Assembly: GCA_040380025.1 (NCBI GenBank)
Contig: JBEIJY010000034.1
Coordinates: 1 to 24,340 of the forward strand
Reading direction: 5' to 3'
Source of the DNA: Bdellovibrionales bacterium
GTDB lineage: Bacteria; Bdellovibrionota; UBA1018; CAIMNF01
DNA: 24,340 bases
Made by a program: the position numbers and the translations under genes. The notes beneath the pieces were generated by a model, which saw only the letters and a list, made by a program, of their open reading frames with translations, was not told the origin of the DNA and ran no database searches. This document shows positions 6,850-15,528 of this stretch, one piece after another; position 1 is the stretch's first letter; the number at the start of each line of letters is the position of its first letter.

Positions 6850-9439
6850 CCTGTTCCGGTTCATCGGTCTCCGGCACATCCGGATGCGCCCCGCCCGCAC
6901 GATCCTGACCACCCTCGGGGTGGCCTTCGGCATCTCGCTCTATGTCGCGATTGCGATCATCAACCACTCGACCCGGAACTCGATGAAAGAAAGCATCGAC
7001 GCGGTCGCCGGAAAAGCCAAGATCAGCGTCTCGGCCGGCGTGGCGGGGTTTGAAGAGGCGAAGTTCGAGATCATCCGTGCGATCGAAGGCGTGGAATCGG
7101 CGGTTCCGCTGGTCGAGGCCCGCGCCTTTTTCGAGGGCGCGACCGAATCGACCGACGGACTCCAGATCATGGGGGTCGATCTTTTGCAGGAGGCCTCGGT
7201 GCGCACCTACAAGGCCACCGATCAAAGAATCATCGAGGACCCGCTCAGTTTTTTGAACCAGCCGGACAGCATCATCCTGACCAAGGCCCTCGCCGCAAAA
7301 CGGAATCTCGCGATTGACTCGAAGATCCGCCTCTCGACCGCAGACGGAGTGCGCGAGTTCACGGTCAGGGGGCTCCTTGAGCCCGAGGGAGCCGCCCGCG
7401 CCTACGGCGGGACGCTCGCGATTCTCGACATCGATGCGGCCCGGGTGAATTTCGGCAAAGAGGGAAAGCTCGATCGCGTCGACATCGTGCCCGCACAGGG
7501 GGTGGCGGTCGAGGCGCTCGAGAAGCGCCTGCGCGACACCTTGGGGCCGGGATACGCGGTCGAACGCCCCGAAACTCAGTCGGCGCAGATCGACAAGTTG
7601 CTCGATTCGTACCAGCTGATTCTGACGTTCTTCAGCACCCTTGCCCTGCTTGTCGGGCTCTTTTTGGTCATGAACTCGATCTCGATTGCGGTCGCAGAGC
7701 GAAAGCGCGAGATCGGAACCCTCAGGGCCTTGGGCGCGACCCGGGTCTCGATGGTCGTGCTGTTCGTGACCGAGGTGTTCGTGATCGGATTCTTGGGCTC
7801 GGCACTGGGATGCGTGCTCGGCAAGCTTCTCTCGCACCGTCTGTCGCATCAGGTGGCCACCTCGGTCGCGGCGCAATTCCAGACCCGGGTCGAGATCTCG
7901 CGCCTTGAGTTCACCCCATCCCAAATCGTGTTCACGCTCGTCGCGGGAACACTCGCCGCGGTGCTGGCCGCACTCTTCCCGGCACTCAAGGCCGCCAAGG
8001 TCCATCCGCTCGAGTCGATGAAGCGTCACGCCGAGACCGCGGGAGAAGCCGAAGAGGCCCGCTCGCGCGCCCTCATCGTCCTGGGCTTCGCGCTTTTGGC
8101 CTTCACGACCGTCTCGATGATCCAGCAATGGGGAACGGTCTGGGTCGGTTTTGATTATCTCACGAAGGGCTCATCCGTGCTCGGGGCCGCGCTCTTCGGG
8201 CCCTTCATCGTGTTTTTGCTCCTTCGGGGCTTCGGTGCGCTCACGAAGCCGCTTCCGCTCCCGATCCTCAGGATCTCGCAAGAAAATCTCATGCGCTCGC
8301 GCCGCCGGACGACGGCGAACGTGATGGCCCTCATGGTGGGATTGTATCTCGTCATGCTGATTTCGAGCGTGCGCTCGAGCTTCCATGACACCCTCACCGA
8401 GTGGCTGGACCGAGTGTTTGTGGCCGACATCATGGTGGGATCGAACGGACGGTTCATCAATGCCGATGTGCAACCCGTGCGCGAAGAAATCGTGCAGGAG
8501 CTGTTGCAGATTCCGGGCATCCGTCCGATCGGGGAGGGCCACGGGGCCGCCTCGCGGATCGTGCCGATTCATTTTCAGGGCGTGAAGCTCGCGGTGAAGG
8601 CGATCGACCACTACGCCGAGTTCTACGAGTACCGGAACATCCCGCTCGTGAGCGGCGACCGCGTTGCTGTTTCGAAGGCGTTTTTTGAAAGCAAAGAGCC
8701 CGCGATGCTCGCCACGGGAAGCTTTCTGACCCTCGCCAAAAAGAAGGTCGGCGAAACCGTCGCGCTCGAAACCCCGAAGGGGCTCGTATCGTTCAAAATT
8801 CTAGGAGAAGTCACCGACTACGCCTCTCCGAACGGGGTCATTTACCTGCACCGCCCCGTGTACGCGAACCTCTGGAACGATCATCTGGTCACGGTCTTCG
8901 TCCTGAGTCTGATTCCCGGGCATTCCTTCGATGACGTGAAGGCGGCGATCGACCGTGGCCCCGGAAAAAAATGGAACCTCGTCACCATCTCGAGCCGCGA
9001 GTTCAAAGACCAGATGCAAAGTGCGATTGACCGCTCGTTTGCCTACACCAAGGCCATCGAGTGGATCGCGCTCCTGGTCGGGCTCCTCGGGCTTTTGAAC
9101 ACGCTTTTGATCAGCGTGATGGAGCGCACCCGCGAGATCGGCATGCTCCGCGCGATCGGAAGCACCCGACTGCAGGTCTCGCGCATGATCTTCAACGAGG
9201 CCGTATTGCAGGGATTCTTCGGCTCGATCGTCGCGATCGTTCTCGGGGCCTATGTCGGCAAGCTCTTTGTGGAATACGCGCTGACCAGCTCGCTTGGCTG
9301 GGTGATCGATTATCATTTTCCGAAAGCCGCGATCGCCAGCACCATTCTGACCGGAGTCCTCGTCGCAGGCATCGCAGGATTCTTCCCGGCTCGGAAAGCC
9401 GCACAACTCGAAATCACGGAGGCACTCGATTATGAATAA
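6836..9439 (+). CDS. Type VII ABC permease with two FtsX/MacB-like repeats in one polypeptide
   Basis: 867 aa. Two copies of the coupling motif (ERKREIGTLRALGA and ERTREIGMLRAIGS), two large periplasmic domains, multiple TM segments. Overlaps the ATPase gene. Confidence 0.92.
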   Translation: MSFSNLFRFIGLRHIRMRPARTILTTLGVAFGISLYVAIAIINHSTRNSMKESIDAVAGKAKISVSAGVAGFEEAKFEIIRAIEGVESAVPLVEARAFFEGATESTDGLQIMGVDLLQEASVRTYKATDQRIIEDPLSFLNQPDSIILTKALAAKRNLAIDSKIRLSTADGVREFTVRGLLEPEGAARAYGGTLAILDIDAARVNFGKEGKLDRVDIVPAQGVAVEALEKRLRDTLGPGYAVERPETQSAQIDKLLDSYQLILTFFSTLALLVGLFLVMNSISIAVAERKREIGTLRALGATRVSMVVLFVTEVFVIGFLGSALGCVLGKLLSHRLSHQVATSVAAQFQTRVEISRLEFTPSQIVFTLVAGTLAAVLAALFPALKAAKVHPLESMKRHAETAGEAEEARSRALIVLGFALLAFTTVSMIQQWGTVWVGFDYLTKGSSVLGAALFGPFIVFLLLRGFGALTKPLPLPILRISQENLMRSRRRTTANVMALMVGLYLVMLISSVRSSFHDTLTEWLDRVFVADIMVGSNGRFINADVQPVREEIVQELLQIPGIRPIGEGHGAASRIVPIHFQGVKLAVKAIDHYAEFYEYRNIPLVSGDRVAVSKAFFESKEPAMLATGSFLTLAKKKVGETVALETPKGLVSFKILGEVTDYASPNGVIYLHRPVYANLWNDHLVTVFVLSLIPGHSFDDVKAAIDRGPGKKWNLVTISSREFKDQMQSAIDRSFAYTKAIEWIALLVGLLGLLNTLLISVMERTREIGMLRAIGSTRLQVSRMIFNEAVLQGFFGSIVAIVLGAYVGKLFVEYALTSSLGWVIDYHFPKAAIASTILTGVLVAGIAGFFPARKAAQLEITEALDYE

Positions 9440-10241
9440 AGCTATTGTTCTGGCATTGCAGGTTCTTTTGGCGCTCTCTGCCCGGGCCGGAGGACTCTCG
9501 GGCAAGGAAATCATGACCAAGAACGAAGAGGCCCGCAGGGTCGGCGAATTCGAGTCCCGCTCGAAGCTCACGACCGGAACCGAGGGATCGGATGCGATCC
9601 GCACGAAGGAATTCAGCTTCTGGCGGAAGGTCCGCGCCGACGGCGTTCATAACAACACCTTCACGCGCTTTCACTCGCCGGCAGAGGTCCGGAACGAGGG
9701 GATTCTGATCGTCGAAAACGAGAGCGGCAAGAACGACGTGCTTTTGTACCTGCCTGCGTACAAAAAAGTCCGCCGGGTCGAGAGCCGCCAGCAAAGCGGG
9801 AGCTTCATGGGCTCGGTGTTCAGCTACTCCGACATCGCCACCCCGCATGTCGATGAATACGAATACAAGCTCCGCGGAGAAGCAAAGTGCCCGACCCCCG
9901 AGAGCGCAAGCCTGCGCTGTCACGAGGTCGAAGCGATCCCGGCGAACGAGGGAGTGCGGGATCGCACCGGCTACACCCGCTCGATCGCCTGGGTCCGGCA
10001 GGACAACTTCATGGTCGTGAAGGCCGAGTACTACAACCTCGATGGCGAGCTGTTCAAGCGGCTCGAGGCGAGCCAGATCCGCATGGTCGACGAGAAGAAC
10101 AAAAAATGGCTCGCCCATGAGCTCTTCATCGTGAACCTGAAGACCAAAGAATACACGAAGCTCTCGTTCGGGAACGTGAAGGTGAACGGCGGAATCCCCG
10201 ATTCGATCTTCACCCAGCAGAACCTCCAGAAAGTGAACTGA
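9432..10241 (+). CDS. LolA-like periplasmic protein ('outer membrane lipoprotein-sorting protein' family)
   Basis: Signal peptide ending ARA|G. Family-type motifs FHSPAEVRNEGIL, LYLPAYKKVRRV, SFMGSVFSYSD, EYYNLDGELFK, IPDSIFTQQNL. Confidence 0.88.
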   Translation: MNKAIVLALQVLLALSARAGGLSGKEIMTKNEEARRVGEFESRSKLTTGTEGSDAIRTKEFSFWRKVRADGVHNNTFTRFHSPAEVRNEGILIVENESGKNDVLLYLPAYKKVRRVESRQQSGSFMGSVFSYSDIATPHVDEYEYKLRGEAKCPTPESASLRCHEVEAIPANEGVRDRTGYTRSIAWVRQDNFMVVKAEYYNLDGELFKRLEASQIRMVDEKNKKWLAHELFIVNLKTKEYTKLSFGNVKVNGGIPDSIFTQQNLQKVN

Positions 10242-11593
10242 TGCCGGTTTTGGGTTTCGTTCGAGCATTGGCGCGGTTTCGGGCACAGCTTCCTGTGCTG
10301 ATCGCCCTCGTTCTTTTTGCGCATTCGATTCCTGCACGGGCCGACGACGAGGCAAGCACGACCGTGGGCGGACGCGTGTATACCGACCAGTATGTGTTTA
10401 CCTCCGCGCCGAATTCGGGGAACCTCGAGCAATCGAGTCTTTCGGCATGGCTCGATGTCGACTCGCGATTGGGCCAGGGCTTCGGGGTTCGCGCGATCGC
10501 CCAGGGAGACGCGTTTTACCGGAGCATCGCTGAGCCCTCCCGCCCCTCGGTGCGCGCCACGCTCCGGGAAGGGTATCTTTCGTGGCTCGGGACCGGAATT
10601 GAGCTGAAGCTCGGGCAACAGATTCTTCCTTGGGGCAAATCGGATGGCGTGAACCCGACCGATTATTTTACCGCGAAGAACCTGACGCTCCTGAACCCCG
10701 ACGAAGAAGTGCGCCGTTCGGGCGGATTCGCGCTCAATCTGACCGTGACCCCCGACGAGGGCAACTCGCCGTTTTCGTTTCAGGTGGTGGCGCAAGCTGA
10801 TTCTCCGCGAACGAAGCTCCTGATTCCGGCGCAGTCGATTCCGTCCCAGGTGCAATTCACCCAGTCGATCGACTCCCCCCGTCCCTTTCAGGGCAACTAC
10901 GAGATCGGCGGAAAAATCTCGTACCTGCAGTCCGACTTCGACCTCTCGCTCTCGGCGTTTCGGGGGTATTCGCGGTTTCCGCAATATGTGCTGAATGCCG
11001 CGACCCTGTCGGTGGCGCCGATCTACCCCGCCCAAACCGCCGTGGGCGCGGACGGGTCCTTCACGGCGGGCGATCATATTTTGCGCTTCGAGACGGCGCT
11101 CCTCATGCCCGACAACGGCAAGGATACCGATCCCCTCGCGGGGTTCGTCGAGCCCTGGCACTGGGACTCGGTCGTGGGCGTCGAGCGCCCGATCGGCGAT
11201 GATTTTCGGGCGCAGATCCAACTGCTGTACCGCTGGCATTTGTTTTTTCCGGCCGCGAACGCGGCCACCGGGAACCCGCTCATCGACCAGCTGGCTTCGG
11301 GAATCGCGCGGGCAAATGCCCTCATCCTGAATTACCAGTACCGGGGGAATCCCGGCGCGACCTTCCGGTTCGCTTACTCGAGCGAGCACTCGGATTTTTC
11401 GGGCGATGTGTTTTTGATCGGCTACTTCGCGAACGGGCAGGATTATCTGATTCGCCCGCAGATTGGCTACACGCCGGTCACGAACCTGAAGCTCCTTGCC
11501 GGCGCCGACATTTACGGCGGCAACGAATCACGGCCGCTCGGGGCCTTGCGAGCGCGGAGCCACGTGTTTTTCGAGACGCGATATCTGTTTTGA
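10241..11593 (+). CDS. Predicted outer-membrane beta-barrel protein (DUF1302-like)
   Basis: Signal peptide ending ARA|D. LREGYL...LKLGQQILPWGKSDG.NPTD motif; amphipathic beta strands; C-terminal FFETRYLF resembles a BAM beta-signal. TGATG coupling to the upstream gene. Confidence 0.8.
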   Translation: MPVLGFVRALARFRAQLPVLIALVLFAHSIPARADDEASTTVGGRVYTDQYVFTSAPNSGNLEQSSLSAWLDVDSRLGQGFGVRAIAQGDAFYRSIAEPSRPSVRATLREGYLSWLGTGIELKLGQQILPWGKSDGVNPTDYFTAKNLTLLNPDEEVRRSGGFALNLTVTPDEGNSPFSFQVVAQADSPRTKLLIPAQSIPSQVQFTQSIDSPRPFQGNYEIGGKISYLQSDFDLSLSAFRGYSRFPQYVLNAATLSVAPIYPAQTAVGADGSFTAGDHILRFETALLMPDNGKDTDPLAGFVEPWHWDSVVGVERPIGDDFRAQIQLLYRWHLFFPAANAATGNPLIDQLASGIARANALILNYQYRGNPGATFRFAYSSEHSDFSGDVFLIGYFANGQDYLIRPQIGYTPVTNLKLLAGADIYGGNESRPLGALRARSHVFFETRYLF

Positions 11594-11595
11594 TC

Positions 11596-13356
11596 TCAAG
11601 AATGGAGGCCGGGCTCTTTTGGAATTCGAGCATTCTCGGAGACCGCCTTCGGTCTTGCCCGATCGAGGGTCCGGCGGGTGTAGGCATTCACGAGATCCAC
11701 CCCGCCCGACATCAAATCAAACGCCGATGCGGTTTCTTTCGCCATTTCGGCGATGGTGCGGCCTTCGAGGTTGTGGACCATCTGCCGGTACCACTTCAGC
11801 AGACACCGCACGCCCGGCTCGACCCGGGTGACCCGGGCGATCAGCTCCTCGATCTCGATCAGTTTTCGGCCCGCCTCTTCGATGAAGGCGCGGTCTTCGA
11901 CGCTCATCAAATACCCCGCCTTGGTCTTCGCGGCGGAATCCGCAAGCGAGAGTGCGGTCGCACGCCCTTCGTTCGCGAGCTTTCCGACCACCTCGATCGA
12001 TTCGCCCAAGGTCCGGATGCGTTGAATCAGCCCCGGGGTGAGATTCCACCGCGCGACCTCTTCTTCGACCGGGGGAAGCCAACCACAGAACCACGCCCGC
12101 GCCATCTGCCCGCGCACGCGGTACATCCAGTTCTCGAATTCGGGCACCGGGCCTGCGACGGGTTCATAGCTGACACCGCCGCCCTCTGACGCCGGCCGGA
12201 TCCGCGACTGGAACACGCTCAGCTCACGGATCGCACCCGGGATTCCGAGATTCTCGAAGTGGCCGCTCACCGTGAGCGAGTTCTTGTGGAACCACTCGCT
12301 CTGAAAATACGACCAGGCCGCATAGGCGGCTTCGGGTTGCCATTCTCCCGATGCCGTCGCGACGATGTGGCCGTTTCCGTACGGGCCCGACTCGGTCCAC
12401 TTCAAAAAGCCGCCGTTGGTCGAAGAATCGACGCAGTAAAACACCCGCAAATTCAACAGCGAAGCAAGATCGACAATCGGATGGGCGCCCGAGACGAGCC
12501 AGCCGCATTGGGCTAGCACCGAAATCGTCGCATCGAAGTGCAGATCCGATCCGAGATCGATCACCCGCGGATTCGGCTCGAGTTCCGGCATGTGGTTTTC
12601 GCCCAAAAGGACCACCGCAAAATCAGGGTGCCGGCGCAGAACCATTCCGATCCACTCATTCATTCCCTCGGGAGATGATCCCGAGTGGACTGCGATCCAC
12701 TTGTAGCCCTTCGGACGCTCGGCCCACGCAGGGGGGAGCACTCCTCCGACCGGCTTGAAGAAATACCGCGAGGTCACGGCAGTCGCACCCGCCGCGGGGT
12801 CGGGATCGCCCGCATGAATCTGAAGCGCGGTCAAAAGCTGGGTCGTCACCATGTCGGTCAGGTGGATGTCTTGTTCGACGCCTTCTGCACCGGCCCAGGC
12901 GTTCCGGTACATGCTCCAGGCATCGGCCGACCGGACGATCAGGTCGTCCGAGACATAATCGCCGAGCTTCACAGCAGAGGGAATCAGCGTGCTCGCCAGC
13001 GCCGCCATGCGGGCCCGCTTCGGCGATGCCGTCCAGTTCGCAAGAATGTCGTAGTTCTTCGAGATGATCCGGTCGATCCAAAGAGCGGTTTTCGCGACCG
13101 GGTCTTCTTCTTTGGCGATGGCCGGCGCATCGATCACCGAGTCGATCCATTCGACCCGCTTGAACGGGTCCGAGACTCCGGCCCGCGAGAGCACATGAAT
13201 CGAGCACTGCGGGTACAGGTGCTTCACCGCCTTCATGGCCATGAGGGACCGGAACACCTCTTCGACTTCTCCCATCTGCACGATCAGGATCGAGAGGGCC
13301 TTCCGGCTCGAGCTCATGGTCGATTCTTTCGCCGGAGCGAGTTCGTTGCCGCTCAT
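11596..13356 (-). CDS. Glycosyltransferase family 9 (heptosyltransferase)-like protein with degenerate motifs and a C-terminal helical extension
   Basis: GT9-like N-terminus SILIVQMGEVEEV...AVKHLYPQCSIHVL and second Rossmann-like part WIAVH...VVLLGE...VIDLGS...GPYGNGH. At 586 aa it is much longer than typical WaaC/WaaF enzymes. Confidence 0.7.
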   Translation of the reverse strand: MSGNELAPAKESTMSSSRKALSILIVQMGEVEEVFRSLMAMKAVKHLYPQCSIHVLSRAGVSDPFKRVEWIDSVIDAPAIAKEEDPVAKTALWIDRIISKNYDILANWTASPKRARMAALASTLIPSAVKLGDYVSDDLIVRSADAWSMYRNAWAGAEGVEQDIHLTDMVTTQLLTALQIHAGDPDPAAGATAVTSRYFFKPVGGVLPPAWAERPKGYKWIAVHSGSSPEGMNEWIGMVLRRHPDFAVVLLGENHMPELEPNPRVIDLGSDLHFDATISVLAQCGWLVSGAHPIVDLASLLNLRVFYCVDSSTNGGFLKWTESGPYGNGHIVATASGEWQPEAAYAAWSYFQSEWFHKNSLTVSGHFENLGIPGAIRELSVFQSRIRPASEGGGVSYEPVAGPVPEFENWMYRVRGQMARAWFCGWLPPVEEEVARWNLTPGLIQRIRTLGESIEVVGKLANEGRATALSLADSAAKTKAGYLMSVEDRAFIEEAGRKLIEIEELIARVTRVEPGVRCLLKWYRQMVHNLEGRTIAEMAKETASAFDLMSGGVDLVNAYTRRTLDRARPKAVSENARIPKEPGLHS

Positions 13357-13508
13357 GACTTGCCTTCCGCCTTCTGCGATTCTTCTCCGGCCTCGGCGCC
13401 CGAGAGGATCTCGAGCGCGAGCTCATGAATGAGCCGCGAAACGTTCTTCGGTTTCAGATCGGGATCTTCGACGATTTTTCCCTGCAACAAGCGAATGTCT
13501 GCGACCAT
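13353..13508 (-). CDS. Small hypothetical protein (51 aa) MVADIRLLQGKIVEDPDLKPKNVSRLIHELALEILSGAEAGEESQKAEGKS
   Basis: Hand translation. GGAGG SD 4 nt before the ATG; its TGA overlaps the GT9-like ATG (ATGA); fills the gap between the TPR and GT9-like genes. Confidence 0.75.
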   Translation of the reverse strand: MVADIRLLQGKIVEDPDLKPKNVSRLIHELALEILSGAEAGEESQKAEGKS

Positions 13509-13560
13509 CTGTCCTCCATGACTTCCGACGGTTTTTGAAATTCTTTTTGGATCGGGCGGA

Positions 13561-14679
13561 TTATTCCGCTTCGATCCGGCTCATGAGATCGCGCGCGCCC
13601 TGATGGTCGCCCTTGATCTGGAGAATCCTCCGCGCGGTGATCGAGGCTTCCTTCTTTTTGCCCACATGGAACTGCAGGCCCGCAAGACTGTAAAGAAGAC
13701 TCGGGCTCACGGGAGCGACCTCGACATAATTCGAGAGCATCTTCTCGGCCGTGGAATAGCGCTTGATCTCGTAGGCGCACTTCACGAGGTGGAAGATGGC
13801 GGTGGAATTCCGGAGGTTCCGTTCGAGCGCCCGTGCGAATGCCTCGTGGGCGGCTTCCTTGTCGCCTTCCGAAACAAAGCACAGACCGAGCCCGACCAGG
13901 GCCTTGTCGTTCGCGGGATTCGCCGCGATCGCGTCCTGATAACAGCGCTTGGCCTCGGGAATCTGGCCCTGCTCGAGATGGAGCGAGCCCAGGTTCGAGC
14001 GGACCTCATCGCTTGCCGGGCTCAGTTCGAGCGCTTTTTTATAAGCCCGCTCGGCCTCGGCATTTTGTCCGAGCCGCGACATGCAGTTGCCGATCATCTT
14101 GTGGTACTCGGCCTTTTCTTGGACCGAGAGCTCGAGCGAACGAAGCGCGCGGCCGAGGGCCTGCGCGGCCTCCTGATCGCGCCCCTGTTGCACGAGAAGT
14201 TGGGATAGAATCTGATAGCCTTTTTGATTGGGCGCGAATGCGACCGAATCCCACGCGAATTGGATCGCCTGCTCGACGAGTCCCTGTTTGTCGGCACAGG
14301 CCGCAAGCCCCGCATAGGCAAGATCGTTCGCCTCGCCCGACTTCAGGATCGCGCGATAGACATTGCGCGCGAGCTCGACTTCTCCCGATTGCAAGAGAAG
14401 CTCCGCGTTCCGCGAAAGAAAAGGAATGTCGTCTTTTTCGGCCTTGAATCCGGGCTCCGGCGCGGATTCGGGGTTCGCCGCCACGGGTGCCGGAGGAGAA
14501 GGAGGCGCGACGGACTTTGATTTGGGGTGGCGGATCTGCACGAGGTAATGCTCGTAGCGGTTCTCGTCATCGCTCTCGCGCAGGTTCATCGCGACCTCCT
14601 CGAGGGAGCTCACGGGAATGAACCGGGTGTTTTCCAGGTTGGGAAGATCAGGGATGCGCTCAGGTTGTCCAAACATCAT
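13561..14679 (-). CDS. Tetratricopeptide-repeat protein
   Basis: Repeated TPR-like units (AERAYKKALELSP, AKRCYQDAIAANP, AHEAFARALERN) after a short N-terminal domain and a Pro-rich linker (PPSPPAP). No signal peptide. Confidence 0.9.
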   Translation of the reverse strand: MMFGQPERIPDLPNLENTRFIPVSSLEEVAMNLRESDDENRYEHYLVQIRHPKSKSVAPPSPPAPVAANPESAPEPGFKAEKDDIPFLSRNAELLLQSGEVELARNVYRAILKSGEANDLAYAGLAACADKQGLVEQAIQFAWDSVAFAPNQKGYQILSQLLVQQGRDQEAAQALGRALRSLELSVQEKAEYHKMIGNCMSRLGQNAEAERAYKKALELSPASDEVRSNLGSLHLEQGQIPEAKRCYQDAIAANPANDKALVGLGLCFVSEGDKEAAHEAFARALERNLRNSTAIFHLVKCAYEIKRYSTAEKMLSNYVEVAPVSPSLLYSLAGLQFHVGKKKEASITARRILQIKGDHQGARDLMSRIEAE

Positions 14680-14694
14680 GTTTCTCGTCTCTAT

Positions 14695-15147
14695 TTATAT
14701 TGTTTTATCAACCTCATCTCCTGTCGGGTTCTGAGACTGACTTTTAAACTTCGACACCGCCTCTTTTTCCTTGAGGCTTTTCAGGATCGTTGATCGAATC
14801 TCGGACCCCGTAGTCTGAATGTATAAAAAAAGTGACTGGTCCGTCAATTGAATCTCTTGAATCAGTCTCAAAGTTCTTTCGAGCTGGTCCTTGAACCCCG
14901 GATCCCCCTGCAGTTTCGCGAGCTCCGCCGCCCCGTGGGTGTTCCGTGCGATCTCGATCTGCCGGTCGAGCGCCTGCATGGTCTTCAGGTTCACCTCGCG
15001 GGCATCGCTCATCTCGTCGATCAGATCGACCTTCCGGTCGAGACTGATCCCCTCCTCCTCGAGGGCCTTGCGGTATTCGCGGGTTTTTCCGAGGAATGCC
15101 GAGAGGAGCCGGATTTTTTCTTCGAACAAGGTTTTGAGATCGCTCAT
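14695..15147 (-). CDS. Helical flagellar chaperone-like protein (FliT/FlgN-like, assigned by position)
   Basis: Start reassigned to ATG 15147 (ATGA overlap with the fliS stop). About 150 aa, charged and helical, in the canonical fliT position, ending VDKTI. Confidence 0.6.
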   Translation of the reverse strand: MSDLKTLFEEKIRLLSAFLGKTREYRKALEEEGISLDRKVDLIDEMSDAREVNLKTMQALDRQIEIARNTHGAAELAKLQGDPGFKDQLERTLRLIQEIQLTDQSLFLYIQTTGSEIRSTILKSLKEKEAVSKFKSQSQNPTGDEVDKTI

Positions 15148-15524
15148 GACTTCACCTGCCTCATCTGCTCGATCGCACCCTTCCATCCCTCGAGCAGGTT
15201 CTCGAGGAGCTTCCGGGCGGTATCGAAGCGGGTCGGATCGTTGTTCAGATTCCCCTGCACGATCTGCTCGATCATGAATCCGTAAAGCCGCTCGAGATTT
15301 TTTGCGATTTCGCCGCCCACATTGAAGTCGAGGGTGTTCGAGAGCTCATTGATGATGTCGTGGGCCTTTCCGACGGCAACCCCCTTGCCAGAAAGATCCT
15401 TCGACTGACAGCACTCTGACGCCCGCTTCAGGTGCCGGATGGCCGCCTCATAGAGCATGATCAGCACCTGCTCGCGCGATGCGGTTGTGACTGCGGTCTG
15501 TTTGTATGCGTTCAGTTTGGACAC
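15144..15524 (-). CDS. fliS: Flagellin export chaperone FliS
   Basis: AYKQTAVTTASREQVLIMLYEAAIR...KAHDIINELSNTLDFNVGGEIAKNLERLY...LLEGW. GTG start with GGAGG SD. Confidence 0.96.
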   Translation of the reverse strand: MSKLNAYKQTAVTTASREQVLIMLYEAAIRHLKRASECCQSKDLSGKGVAVGKAHDIINELSNTLDFNVGGEIAKNLERLYGFMIEQIVQGNLNNDPTRFDTARKLLENLLEGWKGAIEQMRQVKS

Positions 15525-15528
15525 GGGA

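Noticed and set aside
6094..11389. Several long minus-strand ORFs (279, 454, 267, 313 and 452 aa)
   Set aside because: All are antisense to the well-supported ABC/LolA-like/barrel genes and have no motifs.
13509..13560. Internal sigma28 promoter before the 51-aa ORF (AAAA-N15-GTCGGAAG)
   Set aside because: Too many mismatches to TAAA-N15-GCCGATAA to support.
13454..13882. 142-aa minus-strand ORF overlapping the TPR gene end
   Set aside because: Out-of-frame overlap with the TPR gene; the 51-aa ORF with an SD explains the gap better.
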